Shown one piece after another: positions 11,060 to 20,804 of a stretch of DNA of 64,000 bases. The translations under genes were made by a program, and so were the position numbers. Origin of the DNA: Macrostomum lignano (taxonomy: Eukaryota); NCBI GenBank assembly GCA_002269645.1, contig NIVC01001805.1, forward strand, positions 137,906-201,905. The letters are read 5' to 3'. The first letter of the stretch is position 1, and each line of letters begins with the position of its first letter. The notes under the pieces were generated by a model. That model did no database searches, was not told where the DNA came from, and saw only the letters and a program-made list of their open reading frames with translations.

Positions 11060-13338
11060 ACAGCTCCTGGCTGAAGAGCCTGAAGCAGCAACTCTTTGCC
11101 CCCATTTGCAGACAACTGTAGGCTGTATGAAGTTCAGGTTTACACACTGAGACAGGCGAGTTTTTACCGAAGGGATCAATTTCGTGTAGCTATAAAAATT
11201 ATAACTTTCATTTGATTACTCTACTAATAGTAGAAATGTAAGGAAAATATTTGACAATAAAAGCTATGAAACGTGTTCTCAATACTGTCCTATTAAATAT
11301 ATTGGTTATTAATTATGTTTAGGCTGAAAAACTGAATCAACAGTTGTCTGCCAAATAGGGCTTTGGTGAAGAGTTAAAGAGCCCCAGGTCTGCTTGGCTG
11401 GATGATATTTACTGACCTTTGCAGTCCGTCAGCGATAGAAATGGCGGTCAATTGCTCATTTTTGTGTTTTTCTTGTTTCTCCCGCGCTTTTCTTCAGTCC
11501 AGCTGACCAGTGAGCTCCGCTTTTTTTTAATTTCTCTGTATCGTCATAAAAAATTATTCCTGCGTGCCACCGACTTGGAATTTCATTCATTTTTGGCATT
11601 GCTCTTCTGAATATTAAAACAAGGCTAAGTTGGCGTCAATTCATCCTATTTAGTTGATTTAAATTGTCTTTTGTTTCCCGCAATCGGTTTGCAGTCATTT
11701 GGTTTGTTCTTCTGCTTCCTCTTCTTGGCTTTTCTTTTCTTTGTTATACACGTATTCTTTCATCCACGGGATCGAGTGATTCAGAGTCAATACATGTATT
11801 CTCTGTGCGCTGTTTGTTCGACGCAAATTGCTATGCCTCTCTGCTCAGCATCAAATCCATACTTGGGTTGTATCAGCGGCTTGTTGCTTCGCAATTAAGA
11901 GATGGACTTCATTTTCTTTCTTTGCATGGCAAAAGCAGTGGTGAACTATAGCGAACAATGCAATGGACTGGATTCGCAGGTCCTGGCGTTGGATGCATGC
12001 AGCTATATATATATACGCTTTTGATCCAGAATTGGAAAATTTGCTTGAAGATCTTGCCGACCTCGAAGCTGCTGCATGATTATCGGTTGAACAGGAGTAA
12101 CCGTCTCAATTCCACCAATCAATAGTGTCAGAAAGCCACCGCAGGAGCCGTGACAGGCCAGTCTCAACAGCTGGTCGGCCCTTTAACAACTGTACATGTA
12201 CCTTTAACTGACAGACCCAATGACAGGACCAACTCGTCAAGAAGTACATGTATACTTCATAGTTGGCTGAGTTCACGTTACACGAGAGTCAGAGACGCGT
12301 CTTCTTTATAACACCATTATACGCAGCTTGATGTTACTGTTGTCAATCTACATGGTAATTCTATCAGCCGTTCTAAAAATAAACCCTGCTGTCTATGGTC
12401 CAAATGGGTTGAAGATTTCTGTCCGGTAAATCGGGGTTGTTTAGCTTGGTACTCTTTGGTCCCAAGTATAGTGTCGGGCCATCTATTGATACCAAATTAC
12501 TGTAGTGTCTAAAGAACTAAAATGGTGTCCGCGATACTAGCAGCGGCAGGGGCGTAGCCATGCATGTTAGAGCCACTAGAGGCTTCGCTACTCGTGAAAA
12601 AATATTTATCACTGTCTACCTCCAAAACCATATGCACAAACACATTGTCTCATGTATTTTTAGTAGCCTTATTAAATATCTGATAATGATTCCGAAGAGT
12701 TGAATAATAGCGACAGCATGACACGATGAAAGTCGCCCCCAGATGGGCTGGGCCGAAATTGATTTGCCGCCCGCTTGGCGCCCCACGATGGCGTCCTCTC
12801 AAGGCGCCCCTCTGATAGTGGCGCCCCCTCGTTGAATACATGAATTCAGCGGTTAGATTATGCGATGCAACTGTTAAACTACATTTACGTATATGCACAT
12901 ACAGAGACATGTAAATTGTATTCATGTGAGATGGATCAAATCAGTAACAGATTTTGTTGTCTGCTTCATATCATTGCATGTTTTTATGGATTTTTTACCC
13001 AATTTTCGTTTTAAGTGCAATTAATAAAATACGACTCATAGTGGACAAAAAATGAAACATTATTTTTGTTATGCTATTACAATGCATGAGTCAGCAAAGT
13101 ATACGTCATATAGTTTGTTCTTTCTTCACACGACAACCTGCAATATAATAATACATGTAAATAATTAACTATAATTAAGTGACCTAATTAAACCGCGCCT
13201 GATTAAACGGACGCGACCACTGTAAATATAATTACGAGCGGAGACTTTGTGGGGTCTGCGACTTGGGGTGGGGGTTCTGACTGCAATTAGGGAGCCTCCC
13301 AGCGCCCCAGTCGGACTGCTAATCAAACACCCAGCCTA

Positions 13339-13360
13339 CCCCTATCTTGAAGCTGATTGG
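13339..13360 (+). promoter_or_regulatory. CCCTATCT-N7-GATTGG module (reverse GATA site plus reverse CCAAT box) upstream of Gly/Tyr gene 1
   Basis: cccTATCT tgaagct GATTGG; the same motif with the same 7 nt spacer lies upstream of the paralog at 19063-19083. Confidence 0.55.
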
Positions 13361-13484
13361 CTGCAACAAAATACAGCTTATTGGTGTGCGCCGTATCTGC
13401 CATGTATGTACAGTTCATTTAAGCTGTTAACAATTAGACAACTCTGCAGTGCAAACCCCACCTACCAAATCCCGTCTTCGGCCC

Positions 13485-13491
13485 TATAAAT
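13485..13491 (+). promoter_or_regulatory. TATA box of Gly/Tyr gene 1
   Basis: TATAAAT about 90 nt upstream of the ATG at 13576. Confidence 0.7.
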
Positions 13492-13575
13492 ACATGTAGG
13501 GCAGTCGTTTCGACAAGGCTTCACCAGCAGTGAATTCGCCTTCTATCTACGTCTAATAACACAGCAGCATCCAGC

Positions 13576-14102
13576 ATGAAGTTTCTGGTCGTGTCTGCCG
13601 CCCTAATTGCGGTTGTTTTCGCCGGAGGCTATGACAGCTACGATAGCTACGATAACTACGGCGCTGGCGGCTACGGTTCCGGCTACGGCTCTGAGGGTTA
13701 CGGTGCTGGCGGCTACGGCGGCTACGAGCCTGGCTACGGTGCTGGTGGCTACGGTGGCTACGAGCCTGGCTACGGTGCTGGTGGCTACGGTGGCTACGAG
13801 CCTGGCTACGGCGCTGGCGGCTACAGTGGCTACGAGCTGGCTACGGAGCTGGCGGCTACGGTGGCTACGAGCCTGGCTACGGAGCTGGCGGCTACGGAGC
13901 TGGCGGCTACGGCGCTGGCGGCTACGGCGCTGCGGCTACGGAGCTGGCGGCTACGGAGCTGGCGGCTACGGTGCTGGCGGCTACGGCGCTGGCGGCTACG
14001 GCGCTGGCGGGCTACGGCAGCCAGCATGGCCGGGGCTATGGCAGCAGTGGCAAGGCCAGCAGCAGCAAGGCCAGCAAAGCCAAGAAGGCCGCCCGCCGTT
14101 AA
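13576..14102 (+). CDS. Secreted Gly/Tyr-rich structural protein 1 (eggshell/chorion-like), single exon, frameshifts in the repeat region
   Basis: Signal peptide MKFLVVSAALIAVVFA, then GGYDSYDSYDNY, then (GAGGYGGYEPGY)n and (GAGGY)n. The frame-corrected tail is GYGSQHGRGYGSSGKASSSKASKAKKAARR* with TAA at 14100-14102. Confidence 0.85.
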
Positions 14103-15860
14103 AGTACATGTTGTACTTGGTACAAATCGGCGTATTGCTACGCGTGAAGAACTGTTTTGTTGTAGGATCGTTTATTGCAGATTTATATGCTAGATCCATT
14201 CGGACGCTAGTGATGGTTTGCTAAATATAAAGCAGTTTTTCATATAAACTTAAAAAGTATTCAGATCCATTTGACTCTGTCTGTTTATTTCCTATTCATA
14301 AATAGTTTACGCCGTCTTCAAACTACAATAAGATTAAGGAAGTGAGAAGAGAAAAGAAAAGAGTGGAAAGGGAGAGGAGAGGGGAAAGGGAGAGGAGAGG
14401 AAAGGAGGAGGAGAGGGAAAGGGAGAGAGGGGAAAGGGAGAGGAGAGGGGAAAAGGGAGAGGAGAGGGGAAAAGGGAGAGGAGAGGGGAAAAGGGAGAGG
14501 AGAGGGGAAAAGGGAGAGGGAGGGGAAGGGAGAGGAGGGTCGGATTGCTATTTTGGAGTTTAAAAGACTAGTCCGAGGTTCGGATACTCGTAGAGCGGCT
14601 TGGCGGGCATGGGTTTTCCCAACCCTGCTAAAATTATGATCTCGTCAGTTTGATACTTATAGTTCGTACTATCAAAGCAATCGCAAAATTAGCAGGTCAT
14701 GCGAGCGTATTTAAAACTTTCCAACGTTATAATAACTTGCTACTTGATTAGCTCTGCGTTCGATTCGGTACGGAAAGGGAGAGGAGAGGGGAAAGGGAGA
14801 GGAGAGGGGAAAAGGGAGAGGAGAGGGGAAAGGGAGAGGAGAGGGGAAAGGGAGAGGAGAGGGGAAAAGGGAGAGGAGAGGGGAAAAGGGAGAGGAGAGG
14901 GGAAAAGGGAGAGGAGAGGGGAAAAGGGAGAGGAGAGGGGAAAGGGAGAGGAGAGGGGAAAAGGGAGAGGAGAGGGTAAAAGGGAGAGGAGAGGGTAAAA
15001 GGGAGAGGAGAGGGGAAAAGGGTGAGGAGAGGGGAAAAGGGTGAGGAGAGGGGAAAAGGGAGAGGAGAGGGGAAAAGGGAGAGGAGAGGGGAAAAGGGAG
15101 AGGAGAGGGGAAGGGAGAGGAGGGTCGGATTGCTTTTTTGGAGTTTAAAAAGACTAGTCCGAGGTTCGGATACTCGTAGAGCGGCTTGGCGGGCATGGGT
15201 TTTCCCAACCCCTGCTAAAATTATGATCTCGTCAGTTTGATACTTATAGTTCGTACTATCAAAGCAATCGCAAAATTAGCAAGGTCATGCGAGCGTATTT
15301 AAAACTTTCCAACGTAATAACTTGCTACTTGATTAGCTCTGCGTTCGATTCGGTACGCTAATCCACATCCCATGCAACCATCCGCGCAGATGTTAAAAAT
15401 CTTATTTAAAATAAAAATGAATTTCTGCATATCTAGCTGTCTCACCAAAGCTCCTCGTGACATCACGTGACTGGCGCTTTCTCTCATTTTTCACTCAAGA
15501 TTTTTTTGGATTTTTCCCAGTGTGACAATATTTTGACAGCAGTGACCTTTACCCTAAAAAGTATATTCGCTCTAAGCTTTAATCCCAATCCTTCTGGAAA
15601 ATTATCCTATAATTTTACTCTCCTTTTCATACATTTTCGTTGTTGATTTTTTTGGACTTGAAACTGAAACTCATAAATCATTTTGCATCGAAATTCGATT
15701 ATTTGTGGCTGCACCTGTCACTTTTTGACTGTGTCCCGGTCTTGTGGCTTTCCGGATCAAGGGTGGCAACGAGCTCAGCCAATCAGAATTAGTTTGGTGT
15801 GCGTTCTAGCAAACCGGCTCAGCCAATCAGAATCGACGTGTTTCACTAACAGGACCAGCT

Positions 15861-16223
15861 AAGGGGGGCTGTAGCCCAGCGGTAGCGCAGCTGCTCTGGT
15901 GTGCCAGCGACCCAGGCTCGATTCCAAGTGCAGTCACATTAATTTGGGGCTGAATTGGAATCTCGGCTTGGCTCTGCTCGTGCAATTAACGGCCTTGAGA
16001 GCCAACCCCCCAAGGCGCAGTGAAGTGTACATGCCTAACGATAATATAAAGTTAGGGCCGCTGTACACTCCTGTGTGAGTGTGTGCCTGCGTACGTATCG
16101 CGCGCTTGTGTGCCTGCTCAGGGGAGTCGGCGGAATGGGCAGTAATGCCTCTCGCCGGTTGTGTGCCTATGTCGCTTTAAAGTGCGCCAGGGTGCACACA
16201 ACCCCCTGCCTCTAATAAAAAAA
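15861..16223 (+). mobile_element. tRNA-derived SINE with poly(A) tail and 13 bp TSD
   Basis: A box TAGCCCAGCGG and B-box-like GGCTCGATTCC. The 3' end is TCTAATAAAAAAAAA. The TSD AACAGGACCAGCT lies at 15848-15860 and 16224-16236. Confidence 0.85.
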
Positions 16224-17292
16224 AACAGGACCAGCTGGTCCCTGTAATTTTAACCACCTTTTTTTCCTGCTCGGGTTTAATCAACTTTCCGGTTCTGTAT
16301 TCTGTTATTTCCTATTCTGTCTGTTTACGCCGTTCTTCAAACTACAATAAGATTAAGGAAGTGATTAAGAAGAAAAGAGTGGAAAGGGAAGGAGAGGGGA
16401 AAGGGAGAGGAGAGGGGAAAGGGAGAGGAGAGGGAAAGGGAGGAGAGGGGAAAGGGAGAGGAGAGGGGAAAAGGGAGAGGAGAGGGGAAAAGGGAGAGGA
16501 GAGGGGAAAGGGAGAGGAAGGGGAAAAGGAGAGGAGAGGGGAAGGGAGAGGAGGGTCGGATTGCTATTTTGGAGTTTAAAAAGACTAGTCCGAGGTTCGG
16601 ATACTCGTAGAGCGGCTTGGCGGGCATGGGTTTTCCCCTGCCCTGCTAAATTATGATCTCGTCAGTTTGATACTTATAGTTCGTACTATCAAAGCAATCG
16701 CAAAATTAGCAAGGTCATGCGAGCGTATTTAAAACTTTCCAACGTTATAATAACTTGCTACTTGATTAGCTCTGCGTTCGATTCGGTACGCTAATCCACA
16801 TCCCATGCAACCATCCGCGCAGATGTTAAAAATCTTATTTAAAATAAAAATGAATTTCTGCATATCTAGCTGTCTCACCAAAGCTCCTCGTGACATCACG
16901 TGACTGGCGCTTTCTCTCATTTTTCACTCAAGATTTTTTTGGATTTTTCCCAGTGTGACAATATTTTGACAGCAGTGACCTTTACCCTAAAAAGTATATT
17001 CGCTCTAAGCTTTAATCCCAATCCTTCTGGAAAATTATCCTATAATTTTACTCTCCTTTTCATACATTTTTCGTGTTGATTTTTTTGGACTTGAAACTGA
17101 AACTCATAAATCTTTTTGCTGCGAAATTCCTGATTTTTGACTGGTGCCCTGGTCACTTGTGACTGTGTCCCGGTCTTGTGGCTTTCCGGATTAGTGGCAA
17201 CGGTGTGCTCTAGCCAATCAAATTAGTTTGGTGTGCGTTTCTAGCTAACCGGCTCAGCCAATCAGAATCGACGTGTACTAACAGGACCAGCT

Positions 17293-17529
17293 AGCTCAAC
17301 CCCCCAAGGCGCAGTGAAGTGCAATTAACATTGGAGCCACTTAATATTAACAGTAGGGTTAGGGCCGCTGTACACTCCTGTGTGAGTGTGTGCCTGCGTA
17401 CGTATCCGCGCGCTTGTGTGCCTGCTCAGGGGAGTTGGTGGAATGACAGTAATGCCTCTCGCCGGTTGTGTGCCTATGTCGCTTTAAAGTGCGCCAGGGT
17501 GCACACAACCCCCTGCCTCTAATAAAAAA
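17293..17529 (+). mobile_element. Duplicated copy of the same SINE lacking its tRNA head
   Basis: The same TSD lies at 17280-17292 and 17530-17542, with the same body and tail, but the ~140 bp A/B-box head is absent. Confidence 0.8.
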
Positions 17530-17730
17530 AACAGGACCAGCTGGTCCCTGTAATTTTAACCACCTATTTTTCCTGCTCGGGTTTAATCAACTTTCCGGTT
17601 CGAGTACGTGACCCTGAGGGATGATCTGGGTAAACAGTTACATTCTGATTCTTCTCCAACTGCACGCTGCATGATTCCACACCCCTGTCCAGTGATATCA
17701 AGTTGGAAGACATTATTTCATGCATTTATA

Positions 17731-18358
17731 CTCAGCAACAGTCAAAAGTTCCACCCCACTAAGCGAGATGATTTTTTCACTTATTTCGAGTGACGCCCTA
17801 CGGCACGCGCAAAGCTTATTGCCGCTTGGGGTGGCTTGGGTCTGCTTAATGGTCCAGGCCTGGAGTTTATGCAGACCCAAGCCCAGGAACAACGCCCCGC
17901 CACACCAAGCCGATGCTGTTAGTCAACTGAAGGAACAGCTACAGCTGCGCACTCTGCGCTGGCCTTCCCGGTCCCCAGACATGAATCCCATCGAGCATGT
18001 CTGGGACTTCCTAAAACGTAGCATTCGAAAAGAGAATCCACCATAGAATGTTGCGGAGAGCTCTGCCATTGAAAAGAGAGCCATTGAAATTAACGCTTCG
18101 GAGCGGCTTCCCCAGGAATTTCTGCGCCGCCTCATCATTGGGATGCCCCGCAGAGTCGTCGCACTTCTGCGTGCGAGGGATCCCACACGCATCGCGATTC
18201 TAACTGAAACTTGCATAAAAATTTATGATTTTACTACGAGTATTGATAGTCAATCAACTTTCCCTTCCTCTCGGCGGCTTAGTTGCGTAACTTGAGGGTT
18301 GAATTGTGAGTGTGAAGTTTTCGCAATTTGGAGGGTGGAACTTTTGACTGTTGCTGAG
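17731..18358 (+). mobile_element. Internally deleted Tc1-like DNA transposon (~630 bp) with TIRs and TA flanks
   Basis: TIR CTCAGCAACAGTCAAAAGTTCCACCC at 17731 and its reverse complement ending at 18358, both flanked by TATA. The interior encodes NNAPPHQA...LRWPSRSPDMNPIEHVWDFLKR (Tc1 DD34E C-terminal motifs) with a stop. Confidence 0.9.
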
Positions 18359-19062
18359 TATACGTCCAGAAGCTTGCGTGTACATGTATACAATGGGAAT
18401 TGATGTAATGTACATTCCCCGACACAATAGTCTCGCTCCTGAAAAAGTCCTCTCGAGCTCTTGTCCCTGCATCCCGGCTGGTCAACATGCGTCGATCAGG
18501 TCCCAGCAGCATCCTATCTATCTGCTAAGACTTCAAGATTGACAGATTAAAGGCGCTGGTTGTTTGGCTGCCAGAAACCAGATTTTGAGAGTGCCGGTTT
18601 GGTGAGCCAGTCGCATGCGCTGATGGCGGCGGATTAGTCTAATCTCCGGTTAGCTGATTTCTACCTTTCAATTTTTCGCTGCTTGTCTCTCGCTGTCTTC
18701 TTTTAGCTGCTGAGTCTGAGGCCTGACGACAAGCTTACGGCCCTCCGATCAACATCAAAGGCTCAAGTTGACCCCAAGATGACCCGAAGTTCTGCATCTA
18801 CTATATTATGCTAGAGTACTAAGATGTTGCGCTATACGAATAAGACACAAAAATTCAATAGTTCATTCGCAGCAGTTCATTCACAAGTATTTCTTCACTC
18901 GTGCAGAGATAAAATTAGTGTTCACAAAAAACATACAATAAAAATATCAAAACAGCTGTCACGTGATAATTAGGGGTCTGGGCGGGCAGGCCGGCGTGGT
19001 CACATGACATGGAGGAGTAGACTTTCGGGTATGCTGGTGAGAGGCTTATTTCGTACCCTTAA

Positions 19063-19083
19063 CCCTATCTCGATACCGATTGG
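19063..19083 (+). promoter_or_regulatory. CCCTATCT-N7-GATTGG module upstream of Gly/Tyr gene 2
   Basis: cccTATCT cgatacc GATTGG, with the same spacing as at 13339-13360. Confidence 0.55.
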
Positions 19084-19160
19084 TTCGCGCGAAGTCTTGC
19101 CTGAACATTTCTACCCCGTATTGGGTGGCGTTGCAAGCTGAACTTGAACCGGTTTATGGC

Positions 19161-19168
19161 TATAAATA
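19161..19168 (+). promoter_or_regulatory. TATA box of Gly/Tyr gene 2
   Basis: TATAAATA about 115 nt upstream of the ATG at 19277. Confidence 0.7.
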
Positions 19169-19276
19169 GACCGGCGCCCCAGCCAGCATGAAGCCAGTCC
19201 TGCATGCTAACAAATTATACGTTAATTAGAAAGCATTTTTTGACTTCCCCTGCAAACCAAATTAACCAGCGCCAGT

Positions 19277-19769
19277 ATGAAGTGCCTGCTTGTCCTCGCC
19301 GCCCTGATTGCCGTGGCCTACGGTGACGGCTATGACAGAGTCGATATCTACGACACCTACTATGACGGCTACGGGGCCGGGCACTACGACGAACAAGACG
19401 GTTATGGCAGCTACGGATCGGGCCAAGGTTCAGGCTACGGGGCCGGGCACTACGACGAACAAGACGGTCATGGCAGCTACGGATCGGGCCAAGGTTCAGG
19501 CTACGGATCGGGCCAGGGTTCAGGCTACGGATCGGCCAAGGTTCAGGCTACGGATCGGGCCAAGGTTCAGGCTACGGATCGGGCCAAGGTTCAGGCTACG
19601 GATCGGGCCAGGTTCAGGCTACGGATCGGGCCAAGGTTCAGGCTACGGTTCCGGCTACGGATCGGGCCAAGGTTCAGGCTACGGATCAGGCTACGGTTCC
19701 GGCTACGGATCGCGCTATGGTTCAGGCTACGACTCTTACGGTCATGGCAAGGCCTACCGCCGCCGTTGA
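19277..19769 (+). CDS. Secreted Gly/Tyr/Ser-rich structural protein 2 (eggshell/chorion-like), single exon, frameshifts in the repeat region
   Basis: Signal peptide MKCLLVLAALIAVAYG, then DGYDRVDIYDTYYDGY, two copies of GAGHYDEQDG(Y/H)GSYGSGQGSGY, then (GSGQGSGY)n. The tail is GYDSYGHGKAYRRR* (stop at 19769). AATAAA at 19915-19920. Confidence 0.87.
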
Positions 19770-20722
19770 GCATTGCAGAAGCAACGAGACACTAAAAAAG
19801 CGCCCAAAACACTGTGTACGGTTGTAGCATTTCTCAATGCACTGTAGATTGCGTAATATGTACTCGTATTTGCGAATGATTCGAGCATAATTTATTATTT
19901 AGTTCTGTTTTCGAAATAAAACGTTCTTCTAATTTTACTTCGCCAATCAAAGCTTCCATTGTTGTCGTTTTCCCATTTCCTTGTTCACCAATCGCGCAAG
20001 CAGCCCTGCGCTGCAGATCTGGCAAAAAACCGCGAAGTTTTCTTGAAAGCAACAACAGGTAAGCAACATTTTACATACGGAAATCTAAGAAATTTCAATC
20101 AAAAAACAGATTTATTTCCATGAGGAGGTGAAACTGAAGTCTGCAGTACTGGTGCTTCTCTTAAAAGGATAAATTTAATACGCAATTACATGCACACAAA
20201 TAACGCTAAACACCCATGTACTATTCTTTAATTATTTATGCATTGTTTCAGTTAATCACAGGAAACTAAAAAAATCTGGAAATGTACCAATTGATTAATT
20301 AAGGCATACAGAGTAAAACAATAACTGACTTGAATTTCAACTCGCTTGGGGAAAATAGAATAACAAAAATGAAAACAAAGATAGCAGCTAATTTGTAGCA
20401 GCAGAGGCCGTCTATGTTAGATACGATATTTCAATTTGATAGGCAAAACAAAAGACTGGAAAATCAATCTGGAACAGCCATTAGTAGGCCGGCACAGAAA
20501 CAGCCCCGCCCGGATAAGAATTCAGAGCGGGCACGCGCAACTTGCCGCTTCTGATTGGCAGTCTGATGCTGGCGGATCAACATGGCAAATTGAAAACAGA
20601 AGGTGCGGCATCTGTGACTGGGAGAGATAGTACAAATCAAATCTCTGGTTAAACACGAGCAGTATTTTTATTATGGGACTCTCTGTTGTCACCAGACACA
20701 GCACAACACCTGCATTGACCAG

Positions 20723-20764
20723 TTAGTTCCAGATGTCCGTTGGGAAGCCGCCGCCGCTTGACGA

Positions 20765-20804
<40 letters not shown>

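Larger units (their letters stand above)
14272..17592. repeat. Tandem duplication of a 1.3-2 kb composite unit (GA-rich satellite, unique block, SINE): copy 1 ~14272-16294 with an internal re-duplication of ~14540-14771; copy 2 ~16295-17592
   Basis: The block CGGATTGCT...TTCGATTCGGTACG occurs at ~14540, ~15125 and ~16556. Its continuation CTAATCCACATCC...AATCAACTTTCCGGTTC occurs twice. GGAGAGGAGAGGGGAAAAG-type runs lie at ~14343-14538, ~14772-15123 and ~16361-16555. Confidence 0.92.

Noticed and set aside
11400-11951. Hydrophobic plus-strand ORFs, or a degenerate minus-strand TE coding relic
   Set aside because: The plus ORFs reflect T-rich composition. The minus frames have many stops and no motif I can assign with confidence.
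14540-14600. Helitron 3' end (minus strand: CCGA-ACC-TCGG hairpin then CTAG)
   Set aside because: The hairpin is very short and directly adjacent to CTAG, and no 5' TC end or Rep/helicase sequence was found.
20030-20070. Possible non-coding exon with donor CAG|GTAAGC
   Set aside because: No partner acceptor or coding exon could be linked to it on the plus strand; it is a single motif only.
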